Below, piece after piece: positions 1 to 12,868 of a stretch of DNA of 64,000 nt. The stretch spans positions 13,268,001 to 13,332,000 of the forward strand of contig CM102285.1 of the NCBI GenBank assembly GCA_046563655.1, written 5' to 3'. The notes under the pieces were generated by a model. It saw nothing but the letters and a program-made list of their open reading frames with translations. It was not told where the DNA came from and made no database searches. The position numbers and the translations under genes were made by a program. The stretch is from Yuukianura sp. NJ FZ-2021 (taxonomy: Eukaryota). Numbering within the stretch: position 1 is the first letter of the stretch; each line of letters starts with the position of its first letter.

Positions 1-1298
1 CATCCATTCAAGACAGAAAAAATGTGATGAAATTGCATAACTTAAGACAAGTTTTTTCCAAGTCTTTCTCACTTCCTTTACGAGAAACTAAAATTCCACG
101 TCCATATCACGTGGAAATTTATTTTGTATTATACAAAACAATTTTTTCTATTTAAAAAGTGAATAGTGAGAAGTTGAAACGCAATTGAAGTAATGGATCC
201 GGTTCTTCCGTTGACATTTCCTAAGTATTCGATTGAATTCGCTGACATGCCTCTTTATTCTTTTCGCGCGCTTTTTCAAATAGCAACGTTTTTACTCCAT
301 TTTCCACCAAGAATAGCTTCACATTCACTTTCTCCCCAATTTCACCACCTGTTACAAGGCGCCTTCTGCTGTAATGTTTGCCTAGCGTGACGACTTCTCA
401 CATGACAATGTAGCGGAAAAGCCCAACTAACCTTAACTGAAAGTTGCAAAACCTAACTTTTAGGGAGTCTCAGCTCACATAAAACCTGTAATCAGTTAAT
501 GTAAAATGCCATCAACCTAAATCACTCTTCTAGAGGCTTAAAAGGATCTCCACAAAAACGTATCCAGAAAAGAGAAAGTCTAAATTTCAATAGCCTCGTA
601 CCCTGTAACAACTTTGAGTAATTTGCTTTCTCCATTTCCTTCCAACATGTATAGGTTACATTGTACCATTAGCAGCACATTTCAATGTACTCCCAGCACA
701 TTCTCTAGCTTCACTTAAAATCATTGGAACTTTTCCAATTTCTGTGCAAATGTTATCTCGTCGTTCGTTGCTTGCAAATTTGTTTTTCAGTTTTCCCACC
801 TTAGGGTGACATGATGCCGGTATCGATTAAATTAAAATTCAGCAAAAGTACTCTCCTTGTGAAAATATTATTCCAATTTGACTGGCCAATCGAAAAAGGA
901 ATCTGCAAGCCCACATTAGGTATTCTTTCTCTCTCCTTTCAAAGATTTTTGGTCAGCTTTCTCTCAGAAGTTAGAGATTTTGAATTTTAAAACTGAATCT
1001 TCGATCCACTTAATGTGAGAACTAGAGGGCCAGGAGCAAGTGGTCAACTGAATCCAGAACTTTCATTCTGCTCCATGGAGATAACACAACTCACTCCGGA
1101 CGGAGGAAGCTGTTTGGTTAGGTTAGTAGCCTAACCCTACCTAAGGGCCAAAGGCATAAAGGATCCCTTAATTCATTCATGAGATGCTAACGGCTCTCTA
1201 GCCCTCCAGGATCCATTATCGTCCCAATTCCCAAGTAACGGCATTAGGCTAGTAACGACAGGGCTAGGAACACAACCCTACAAGAAAAACGGACTTAC

Positions 1299-2022
1299 TT
1301 GTCTGAGGAGCGAAACTTTGTATTCATTTGACAGGAGAGCAGCCAGGATGAGATGCACGACTGCCAGAAGCAATGACAGTCCGATAGCCAAACTCCTTGG
1401 AAGTGGCATCATCGTATTGATGGCAAAGATCAGAATGAATGTGGAGATGACATGGTCCGGCGGACGCGTCGGCGTGTCGATATGTGCAGACAGAAAAATT
1501 GCAAAGCTCAGCGTTGAGATCACAACCAAGGAGAGGCCAATAGCAAATCGCGGTCGCTGGAACAATGGAAACTGGGCACTGACGAACAGAATCAGAAGAA
1601 TCACGAGGGTCACGAGCAGAATGCAAACTTGCGGTGGAGACGAAACCACGTCCTGCAAAAGCAACCAAAAAAAGTTCATTTTCTGTAATTTGATGTCCAA
1701 TTTCGCTTTCTAAAAAGAAGACCAAAATCGAAACCTATTTTGTTTCAAGTCTTTTGATTCCAGTTCCACTTTAGTTTCTTTTTGGAAAGTTTCTGTTTTT
1801 GCTCAAACTCACATGACCCGAAAGGGCAGCAATCACTAGAAAAGCAGTTGTAACAGACGAAGCGAGTAGCAGAAAGGAGAGGAAGACTGAATGTTGAAGT
1901 CGATTCCAATACGTGACATAGACGCTTTCCAAGTCAACCATTTTCTCATCCTTGGCCATATTTTTGACTTCCAAATGATTTCCCAGTAGACGACGCAGAC
2001 TACGACTCGAATGCTTTACAAC
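1299..2022 (-). CDS. Membrane-bound adenylate cyclase, N-terminal transmembrane (M1) region; partial gene, remaining exons lie left of the window
   Basis: Two GT-AG bounded phase-0 exons: 1813-2022 (VVKHSSRSLRRLLGNH...DLESVYVTYWNRLQHSVFLSFLLL...) and 1299-1652 (...HVISTFILIFAINTMMPLPRSLAIGLSLLLAVVHLIL...). The motifs resemble the adenylate cyclase pre-TM1 'LE.LY..Y..RL' segment and the TM4-5 'F.IYTMLPL..R.A.....L....HL' segment. No catalytic domain is in the window, so the subtype cannot be assigned. Confidence 0.75.
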
Positions 2023-3081
2023 CTACGAAACAAAAGAGAAAGAAAAACAATTATAGAATTTTCCCAGAATTTCACAATTTTTTACTTTCTCTCTCCAATT
2101 CTACTTTTTACAACAAGGAAAAACTTTCTTTAAAAAAAAAGAAATTTAACGATACTTTTCTCAGCACGAGAACTGAGCTGTTCAAAATTGGCAACACTTC
2201 CAAAAAAGACAAATTGTTTTGGTTTCTACTTTACAAAAGAGAAAAAGATTCTGAATGAGAAAACTTTCTCCATGAAAAATTGCCAAGTGGGGAGCCGTAG
2301 CTCCGTTCTTTGTTCAAATGAAATTCCATCGAAAGTGAAAAGTTTTGTAAAAACGCAAAACACAAATAGTAATTTAACGCAAAAAGTAAAACGTTGTTAG
2401 TAGCACGAGCTCCATAAAATAACAGTAAAATACTTCAAATTAGGCTGAACTGGGTTAGGCATTCAGAGTTTTGTTACATTTGTATTAACGTAACCTAACG
2501 AATACGTTACTGTCGTTGACCAATACGACTTGAATGGATACTTTCCCTGGTAACACTTAGCTCATTGGACTCTCAAATTGCAACAGCTCCTGAGCAAAAG
2601 TAATGTAACAGTTTAGGTTAAGAGTTCCCACACATTTTCCATTTAGTACTGCCAAGGTACTTTCTCTTTTTCCTTCTGTTTAAACTAGAGAAAGCAGAAA
2701 GTCAAGCAGTCAAGCGAAGAACAGTAAAGGGTGAAACATCAGGACTTTCTATCATTGAATTTCCTTTGAAATGCCACACAGTTTGTTTGAATAGGGAAAA
2801 CTGAGGCATACCACACTGCTTTCTCCTTAGGAATTCCAAGAACCAAAACGGAAATTTCTAGTCTCTAGGAACCAAAACCCTAAGACAAAAAACAGAGACT
2901 GGTGGGTTCTATTGTACTTCTAAAGTATATATCTTCCCTCCAGGTGCACTTGACACTTTTATGTGAACCATGAAATGATTGTAATTTAGTAGCTCACTTT
3001 AGCAAAATCAAAAAACATAACCTAACAGAAACCACACTCACTCAAGACTTCTGTTAGAGAAATCTATGAATAATATCACTA

Positions 3082-4030
3082 GGGGAGGATGGGGGCAGGT
3101 GAATCACTTTTTGTTTAAAAATCGATAAAAAATTACCAGTAATTTTTTTAATTTTTCTGTAAACGGGATTTCATTAACTATGCATTTGGTAAGGTATTTA
3201 TAATTATTTTACATTTTTAAACATTTCGATATTCTTTTAAAAAACGTTTTTGTAAAAACTGGGAAGTGATTCACCTGACCCCACTCTATGGGGGCAGGTG
3301 AATCAGGTCATGGGGTCAGCTGAATCACTGGCTTCATTTAATCAAATGTGAAGAAAACTTCAAATTTTCTGTTAAACAATGCTGGCGCAAACTGTTCTGA
3401 ATTGCTTCAAAGTGGTTGCCGGTTTACATTAATTAAATTGCCAGTAGAATTAATTTTTTTGCAATTCACAGTTTTTTAGTACGTTCTTGGAAGGATTTCG
3501 ACAAAAAAAAATTGAAAAAATCGTTTTATGACGTAAAAACGATTAAAAACTACAAAACACGCCAGTTAAATTGATCTTCCACCATAGTCTAAAAAATGTA
3601 TTTTTTTAAGCTATAATGTACTATCCAATAGCGTGTGATTCACCTGACCCCACCTCCACTTTTTTCATTAAACACAGTCCGGCTAGTCATGCATCACTGA
3701 AAAAAATCAACTGTTATGATCTACTCGTGCAGAATCGATTCAGGAACCTATTTCTATAATCAAAATACCAGAGATTCACCAGGTTTAGGTGTGCTGTGTG
3801 ATTTAGTGCTAATATGAAGATTTTAGTATTGCCTTTTTTTCGACCAATTTTTCTTTAAAAAAATCTGGGCGATTACCAGGCAAATTAATTTCGCTACTGA
3901 CACTTGTGTTATAAAGAAATATGCATGATGTGTATAATTGTGAATTTTTCCGATTTTTAAACTGCATTTAAACCAAAATTATTTAGGGTGATTCGCCTGA
4001 CCCCATGATTCACTTGCCCCCACTCTCCCC
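3082..4030. mobile_element. Non-autonomous TIR element (MITE), Tc1/mariner-pogo-like
   Basis: Imperfect ~25-bp TIRs: GGGGAGGATGGGGGCAGGTGAATCA (from 3082) and TGATTCACTTGCCCCCACTCTCCCC (to 4030). TA on both sides (3080-81, 4031-32). About 7 copies of the GTGATTCACCTGACCCC motif in both orientations. No ORF. Confidence 0.75.
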
Positions 4031-4270
4031 TACTACAACTCAAGATACAAGAGCAGGAGAAACCATCACGCGTCTTAAATTCTTTTCTAGAGAAAGTTGT
4101 TTTCTTTCAAGAGAAAGTTCGAACGGCAAAGCTAATTCCTTAAACTCGAGGATCACATGCTTTTCTGCATAAGAATTTTATGTTTTGTGAAATTCCAGGA
4201 ATTGTAGAAACTCTAGAATTTTAGTGGCAGGGAATATAGGTATTGACAGACCGAGAAATCATAATTATAT

Positions 4271-5191
4271 CATAGATGGGAGTCCTCAATGAGTAACTCC
4301 TCATTTCCTCAATCCTCAATGAAATTGCAATCCTCAAAACCTCTTTCCTCAATCCTCGACGGGATTTCAGTCCTCAAAAACTCATTCCTCAATCCTCTTT
4401 GAAAAATCAGTCCTCAAATATTCAAACTTCAATCCTCACCTGAATTTCAGTCCTCAAAAACTCATTCCTCAATCCTCATTCTGAACATTTCCCAGAAACT
4501 CGGTAGGATTCCAGTGTAAGGATGTTAAATGGCAAAAGTTTGGTTATATACTACAGTTAAGTAATGTAGTATTTAGTTAGGTTAGTGTTTAACTCTGGAT
4601 CTACATAAATCTTTTCAACTACGATAATAATGTCAGCACAAGTATTGACTTTCAAAAACAATCGCGATTGTTAATTAACAGTCGAGTTCAGGACATGCTG
4701 ACGAACCATTAATACGTTTTCGAACAATTCAATTGTAATTCTAGACCGTCTAGATCTTGTCAAAGTACGAGCAATGGAAAAAAAGACACTCAATAAGTCC
4801 AGCTGTGGCAGGGAGATAAAGTATGCAAAGGAAAATTTGATCAAAAATGAATTTGAAAAAGCCGCAGTTGTTGTTTTCTTACATTTCTACATTTTATCGT
4901 CTCAAGTCGCAATTTTACTTCGCCTCGGCGGAGATAAATAAAAAAGAGTATTGATCTTTTCCTCAATCCTCACGGCCAACTCAATAGTCAAATCTTCAAA
5001 ACTCATTCCTCATCCAACTTTCAATCCTCAAATACTCTTTCCTCAATCCTCACTGAAATATCAGTCCTCAAAAACTCATTCCTCAATCCTCTTTCAAGTT
5101 TCAGTCCTCAATTCCTCAAACTTCAATTTCTTAAAAAAAAGCTGTCCTCTTGAGGATTCCTCAAAGAGGACAGTGAGGACTCCCATCTATG
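4271..5191. mobile_element. Non-autonomous DNA transposon with 8-bp TSD (P-element or hAT superfamily)
   Basis: Perfect 18-bp TIR CATAGATGGGAGTCCTCA (4271-4288) / TGAGGACTCCCATCTATG (5174-5191). Perfect 8-bp TSD AATTATAT (4263-4270 and 5192-5199). Internal ~39-bp TCCTCAA-rich tandem repeats near both ends. Confidence 0.88.
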
Positions 5192-8100
5192 AATTATATG
5201 AACACAATATCATAATTCGAAACGTCTACCGAAGTAGTCGATCTGTACTATATTATTAGCATACAGTCTATTGTAAGTCCTCGACCACAATGAAATTTTG
5301 TGACATTTCAAGTGCTTTTGTCTGCCTCTGGGTTTTTGAAACTTCGGAAGTGAAAGTTACCTAAGGTTAGGTTTTTAGTTTCAGGTTACAATAGGTTTTT
5401 AGGTTGCATTAAGAGAAAAGTATCCATTCATTTTCATATCCAAGTCCACCGGGCATTCGTCCATTATTTCCAGAACACACAAGAGACCCTACTGCTTTTT
5501 ATTTCCTAAAAAGCAGTAGAATTGTAGTCAAAGAAAATCTTTATGGCCACTTCACCCAATCTCCGGCTGAGGCTCAGCCTCGACACTCAAGTTAGACTGC
5601 GTATTAAGCCCATCAAAAAAAGACTCCCGAAAACGGGTATTTGATCATCTTGCGGAACAAAGGGAGAAAAAGCGGATCCATTTCAAACGGATTTTCCTTT
5701 CCTGTTCACTTCCCAAAGTACGACATTTCGCACTTGGATTAGCCTCTGAAATGTCCATTTCTGAGTCCAGAATTGTCCAGAATAAAAAACTAAATTGCCC
5801 AGGAATCCAAAGAAACTTGACCAACCGAAAAGATCCAATTGAGCGAAACGGAAGAGTGACCACTTTCCCCATTAGGCTCTCTTTTCAATGCCACAGAAGG
5901 TGCCAATTTCATCACTTCCAGACTCCTCCAGCTATGTTATGTTAGCCTATGCAGCTAAAGTTAGGTGAACCAGAAACGCAAGGTCAAAGGAAGGTCAAAG
6001 TCCACTTGTTCAAGGAACTAAACTCCGCCCCCTCACTGAACGGCTTAAGTACAGCAATACCAGAAGTAATTATGACTCAACTTTGGAGGATAATCAGAGA
6101 GCTTAAGAGAACTTTTTGAAGACTTTGGCAGAAGAATTAAGAGAAAGTTCATTTAATCTTTTAGCGCCAGTAACTAGGACTCAAACGCTTTTTGAAATTT
6201 CCTACTCTGCCTTATGTCTCTAGAGAAAGTGGGAGCCTCCCTGGAGAAACTTTCATTGTCTCTATTTACTAAAGGACTCCACTACACGTCCACCTTCCAG
6301 ACGAAAGTGAATGGGAAGATAAAGACATGGTTGGAATCCTTGGGAATTGGTTGTAGCAAGGACAAAGGACGACTGTTCCGCCTCCTTCCACAATGACACT
6401 TCAAGGGTTATTCTAAGAATTCACACAGAACCAATTCAACACGCCGCTTTTCATTATGAGCAAGCTTTCTCTTAAGATCTCAGCATCTTACAGTGTGACT
6501 GCTTCTGTCATAAACATTCTCTAAAAACGTAAACTCAATTCTCAGGGGGTAAGAAAATTCATATTCAAAAGGCTTTTGAGCAAAAAGTTATGAAATGTAA
6601 TGTTTAAGTAATTGAGTTTAATTTTTATTCACATTAATCACAACGGAAACAATTAAAGTCTACTGTTGCAATAAAACACCAGTCGAAATTCTGAGTACAA
6701 ATCGGTACATACTCATTTCTGATAACTTTTAGTTGTAGCGTCCTCGTAATCTGGGTTTTATGAAGTAAACTGAAAAATAAATTCATCTAATATTTCTTTT
6801 TAATGTAAACTTTTAGAAAAAGAAATTATAAGTTGGTTTTCAACTTTTCGACTTTGATTTTCCAATTAATCGGATTTGAATTCATAAGTTGATCAAGCAT
6901 TTTTTGTGGGAGCAATTTTCAAAGGAAAAATGATCATAATCAAATAAATAGTTTAAAGAAAAAGGAAAAAATTAGCTTGTGGACTTTCACTCATTTAGTA
7001 TGATTTCGAAAAACTTTCAACTTTTACTTTTTCAAAAACTTTTAATTTTTGCTTAAAAAGGCAAATTTATAAAGCAAACTTCACCCAAGGAACAAGCAGC
7101 AGGAGGCGAATTTAAACCGACTTAACCCGAAGTTTTCAAATTTCCTTAAAACCTAAGGAATACTTTCTCTTTTTAAATGAATATTTTCTTTATCAAAAGC
7201 AAAACTTTTTCGGTCCGTCTTCTTTTGTTATCCTTTCATGAAAAAAATTGAAAAAAGTCGCTCATTTCAAATAATGAGCTCTTCAAAAAAAAACCTCGGT
7301 CCTTCCAAAAATTGCGATGCTGCTATCTTGAAAAGAACCTGTTTCAAATTTCATTTCCTCACGGAACACAAAATTGCTGAAGCAAAATCCTAGTTGTATA
7401 ACAATTTCATCATCCCGCATTTCAAAAAAGAAGCGCTGCTCATCCCAATTTATTTTCCTTCTAAAATGAATCATATCCTCATTTAAAACGAGACGAAAAA
7501 GCAATTCAACCAAGGTTTCGTTTAAGTCAACCGACCAGCAGCCAGCTCACTTTCATTAAAAAGTGCTCAACTGCAGAGTTCATAGTCCAAAGAGCAAATA
7601 ATTCGCGAACCTCCAAATTGAGATTTGCCAAAATGGAAATCCCGTTCCCTCAAGCTGTGAATTTGTACGTGATCTTTTTGCTTATGTTCCTTTTCGTTTT
7701 CACCCAAAAAATTTTGAGCTTTCTCCAAGGGAAAGTCAAGCCGCAAATCTCGTAGGTTCAAAAAGTTCATAATCTCTGCGGAAAATCTGGTTTGATGACT
7801 ATGGAAGTACGAAGGAGAACAAATTCGAAAAAAGTTCCAACTTTTTTTCTTCCATGAAGGTGAAAAAGTTAGCTTCAAAGATGAAAAATGAGCAGAATTA
7901 AGTGGCTTTTCTTCTGCTGAAAAAGCTTCCTCCAGATTTTTCCCTTCTGACTTCCTTCCTGCCCAAGCCTAACCGCATCTCCAGCGCCTTCTAAAAGACG
8001 TCCTAATTAAACTTAAGTTGATACGATCCTCTTAACTTATGGGCGTCAGGCAGCTAGCACGAAATGAACAAAAGGAAAGTTTTCAAACCACCAAAACTTT

Positions 8101-11100
8101 TGTGCCAAATTCCCTAAACCGCAAAAGAAGATATCGCTGAAAAAAGACTTGGAGCCACCACTACTACTATCTCCGATCTGCCACCACTTAGAGTCTCATT
8201 AACTTTGCTCCTCTTTCAGCAACCAAAAAACTTTAAAAGGGAACTGGAAAAAACTAAATTGGCCAAAAAAAAGTAAAAGTTTTCTAATTTTTCTCGCACA
8301 GAACAAAGAACAAACCGAAAGCGAAGTGGTTTGTGAAGCCGACAAAGCAATCTGTTGCTTCCGTTTTTTGCTTTAATAAAAAGCACAAAGTTTTTGGCAA
8401 AGTGAAAGTCTCTGGTCCTCTTTTCTCTGCAATTCATCTTATATTATAGCTAAATTATTACTGCTATTACTTTCTTTGCAAAATTTTTAGGAGAAAAAGT
8501 CAACTTTCCATTTTTTGCCAAAGTTACTTTTTCAGAAGTTAAATCTTCCAGATCCTTAAAATTTTTAGTCAATCCCTCTTTCTCTAATGCACCCTGTCAA
8601 GATTTTTCATAAACTCCGAAACTTTCTCCGTAACTCCCACACCTCCCCCGAAAAAACTTTCACGTATTAAGAAAATAAGAACAACATTCATCATTCACAC
8701 CCTGTCAGAGAAAATAAAACAATTTACTTTCACCAAAACAAAAAAAAAACGAAAAAGCCTAAATTCTTCTTTTCTGACCAAAAAGAAAAAGGAAATTGAG
8801 AAAGTTCGCGCCTTGCTTTCTCCTCCAAAACAGTTCACGTTTTCTTACAATCCGGTCAGGTTTTCCTTCAAGAACCGCTTTCTCCGCCGGACTTTCTCTT
8901 CTCACATGCTTTTTCTTCATTTAGAAATCATTTCCACTAGATTTACTTTCACCATTGACTCTAATCTCGATGATCCCAAAAAGAACAAGTAAATAAAGAA
9001 TTCTTCGCTTTTTTTCAAACTTTCTCTCTTACTTTCGAAAAAAAGATAGAATGACGCTTAAATAAGAAATGAGATGAAACACTACCAGCATTCCAATACG
9101 GGATCTAAAATATAATCAAAAGACAAAAGACTTTTCTCCACCACCAAATTTCGTGTTTCTGATTCCAATTTCCAAAGTTTTAGTAAATTTTGGACGTTCT
9201 AGAGCAAGAATTTTAAAAATTCCTGGCACGTCCTTAGAAACTACAAACTGGACTTGATGATTAAGCAAATGTTACTTTCCCTTTCTCTACAACTACAGAG
9301 ATCCTTTTAACTAGTAACAGGATTAGTTCGACACAAAATTAATTTCGATTATTAGCAAAAGTTCATTTAAATTCCTAATTAACAAAATTCTTTTCAGCAG
9401 TGGTGAGACTAGACTAACTAAATACCAAGTGCCAATTCCCTAGCTCTCTTCGCTTCAAATTCTCAAAGGAACAACCCAAGGCTTTTGGGTATACAAAAGA
9501 ATGGCAATAGACTATGAAGGTCGTGCGTCTAATAGAGCATTTCGTGGCTAGAATTTAAGTAAGTGAAGCGATCAAGTGAACAAAATCTCCTTTCATACTA
9601 TGAGAACATGTTTCTGAATAGAGGATAATCAAAGTGTACTTACAATGTTATAGACTCGCGAATCGGCAAAAATGCTTTGCAAGATATTAGCCATGAACTA
9701 TCTCACAGGAAAGTGGAAACTAATAGCCACATTTTTCGCGAAGGTTATCATTGCAAATTAACATTTTATTCGAATTTGCCAGTATTGAACAATTCAAAAA
9801 CAAGCCGAAAAATGAAAAATTCATTTTTATAAGTATTTCCTCTGCTAAATTGCAAAAATTGGTTTATGAAAAAAACCAGACAGGTATTATGACAGAAGAT
9901 CCAGACGTAATGGACCATAAAAATCAAGGTTGTCAAAACAAAATTTTTCCGCAAATTTTTCCCAGTAGTAAAAGTTTTGGTTTAAAACCTTTTTTTTAGA
10001 ACAAAAAGTACAAAAGAAAATAAAACCATACAAAAGCTCTTCCGGCTCCTGGAACTAAAAATTGCAACGTTTGAATCATAAATTTTGAATTGCCTAATCA
10101 AAAAATTTTGCACGAAACCCCCTGAACTACATATTAGGATCCACCGTCAGAAAATGCTCTAAATATTGCAAATCTTTTCGATTAGCATCAACTCTACTAC
10201 TTCCTAAACCTATACTATGCACAGGAAACAACATCAACTTACTAAAACTTTGCAAAAATGAAGATGAAACTGAGACTACTATGTTGCTTTGACTTGTACT
10301 ATTTGTTTAGATCGAGTCAAAGTTGAAGTGATCAAAGTGAGTGACAGAAACAGGAGAAACAGCTTCATAAATGCTTAAATGCTAAAGAAACAAATGGTGT
10401 CCTTGTCATCGTCTCTGTTCTCTGCCAAAATTTTGCAAACCTCATCCCATATAAATTCGCAAACGCTCCGTCGTCGTGTCCTGTCCTCCTCTTCCTGCCC
10501 TGGTTCCCATATGGAATAAACTATCTATTTTTAAATGCAGATTTTATTGGCGTGTGCCCTATGCTTCAACCCACGCTCACCTTCACTTTTTTCTAATTCA
10601 AAATTCAACAAATACTTTTGAATTTGGATCAAAATTTAAAAATTCTACCAAACCTTGAAGCTAAATCCTCAGCTAAAGCCCAGACCACAAAACCGCACAG
10701 GACTAAAAAATTTCGAGCTCAAGAAATTGTAACTCCGTCGACACAAAAACCTTTGAAAATCACCGCGATGAGTGGGAAGTTACCAAAAATTTATTTTTGA
10801 ATTCAATTTTGGCAAAATCAAGGTCTTTCACTTATTGCCAAAACTTTTTTCTTTGCAACGCAAGTCGATACCTCTTTTAATGAGACAGTATAGTGCTAGT
10901 ACTTGCCACTACTTTCTGCCTGTCTTTTGTAAGTAACATTGAACTCATTCCAAAGTGAAGGTCGAGGTTCCGTTCCAATGAACATCCCACGAAAAAAATA
11001 TATGCAACGCTCGTCCTTAAACGCTTCGCTAAAAATCAAATTGTCGAAGACTCACGCAAAAAGCTTCCTCGAAATTTTGCAAAATTTAATATCCTACAGG

Positions 11101-11755
11101 CGTTCCTTCAAAATTTAGCAAAGCGAAAGTAACGAAAACGAAGAGCTAACAGGCCTGTTGAGTCACCTATTTTGAAAATGACCTTTTGAACGAAAAACTA
11201 AAATTTGAAAATCTCATTTCCTTAAAAAAGAAAACTTTAGTGAGAAAAATATTTGCTTTTAAGTAAAGCTTCCTTGTCAATCCACTTCAAGCGTTATCTT
11301 TTAAGCTCTTCAAAATTTTTCACACCAAGAGCAAACCGTGTTCAGAATGTACAAAAACATTTTCACAATCGACGATTTACGTTAGTAAACCTGACGCACA
11401 AAACTAATCGTGAGTAAGTTATTCGCAAACAGCAAAATGTACAAACGAAGACACCCAGTTTGGTCTTGGGTGGTTCAATGTCGTCGTTTTGCATTAGGAA
11501 AAGCTTGATTGAGGCGATTGTCAAGCACTTTGTATTTTTAGCTACACTTTGCTCTTCCAAACGTAAATCAAAGTTTGAACCTGAGAAGTTAGTCTTTAGA
11601 AAACTGAAAGTGTTGTGGTGGTTAGTGGGCCAGGGGTTTAGAAATAATTGGACATTTAGTTAAGTATGGCAAGAAGGTGAAGACAATTGTCCATTGTGGT
11701 TTCAAAAGGAGATAAAAACAATTTAGTTCAGTTTACGATGAATTATTTCACTCAC

Positions 11756-11785
11756 GCCCAAAACACTTTTCCTTTTCATCATCAT
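11756..11785 (-). CDS. Candidate first coding exon of the adenylate cyclase (MMMKRKSVLG)
   Basis: ATGATGATG...TTGGGC followed by a GTGAGT donor. Phase 0 matches the phase-0 acceptor at 2022. An upstream TTTTAG acceptor lies near 11805. No homology support. Confidence 0.3.
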
Positions 11786-12810
11786 CGTCACAATTTTCCA
11801 ATTTTCTAAAACTAAAAAGACGCCTTTTTCCAGTTGACAAAATTGACAAACACTTCTAATCACAAAAATTCTTCATTTTTTTGTATTTCAAAACGGACTG
11901 ACTCTTGTCAAGTGTCTCGCCCCTTACTGTAGGAAACTTCTTCACCAAAACTAAATAATTCCAAAGACTTGTTCTGCAAGTTTGTTTAGCGTCAGCAGAG
12001 TCTAAAAGTTAATCCTCTGTGTACAAAGTACAACAGATCCAAAAAAATGCCTTTGTCGATCCACATCTTCTATAAGCATCTAAGCTCGTATTGTCTCAAT
12101 TTACATTCAGCTAAGCAGCTCATCATCTTCCAGAAAGAACAAAATCTATAAATACATCCATAATGTAAAACGTCAACTTCTTATGTCCAGAGACGCAAAG
12201 AAAGAGAAAAGTTCCAGAAAGAATCGGATTTCCTATGAATCTTTGATGCATCATAAATCGGAACAGCTTCCCCCGTGATCATTGCATTTCGAACTGAGTT
12301 GTCAAAAATGAGCAGAATTTTGTGATTGATCTTCCAGAGGTCAAAAAACTGTTAGAAGGTCAAGGTCACTCTTCTACAGGTGACAGTTTTCTAATTAAGT
12401 TCGCATGTCCCTCACTCTACCTTGGTAAAGAAACATAGTGATCAGTCACTGCCACGCGAAAAGCTACAAGGTGTTATAAGTGCAATTAGTCATTGTCATT
12501 AGAACTTCGTTTAGCCAAAAGACGGAGGAGGAGGAAGCAAAAGTCATTTTTCACCTTACTAAGCATCTCACCTGGAAAAATCTAGTTTCCAGGCTTACAC
12601 TTTTAGGTTACGTTGCTACCTTAGCCTAACTTTTACCAAAACCTAACTTCCAGAAACACAATTAACTTTAACGACACTTTGAGAAGAAGCGCAACGGTAT
12701 GACATTGTCTCTAATTAGTTTCAAGTTTTCCAAAATTCAAAGTCTATGTCACATTACGTGACTTGCTAGACGTACGTAGCCCATCACCAGAAAGCACCGG
12801 AAAAGCGTTG

Positions 12811-12868
12811 TAAAAAGTGACATTACATTTATCTCATCCTAAAAAGTGACATTACATTAGTCTCATCC
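12811..12868. repeat. 29-bp tandem duplication (2 copies)
   Basis: TAAAAAGTGACATTACATTTATCTCATCC followed by TAAAAAGTGACATTACATTAGTCTCATCC (2 mismatches). Confidence 0.85.

Noticed and set aside
1318..1725. Overlapping 131-aa (+) and 133-aa (-) ORFs
   Set aside because: Antisense and alternative-frame shadows of the adenylate cyclase exon.
4290..5125. ~39-bp repeats with variable segments resembling a CRISPR array
   Set aside because: Eukaryotic context, degenerate repeats, variable parts only ~9-10 nt, enclosed by TIRs and a TSD, and no cas genes. They are transposon subterminal repeats.
4951..5259. 102-aa ORF
   Set aside because: Translation of the TCCTCAA repeats of the transposon; it crosses the element boundary.
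9533..10158. Possible MITE with TAGAGCATTT inverted ends
   Set aside because: Only about 10 bp of clean inverted match and no TSD.
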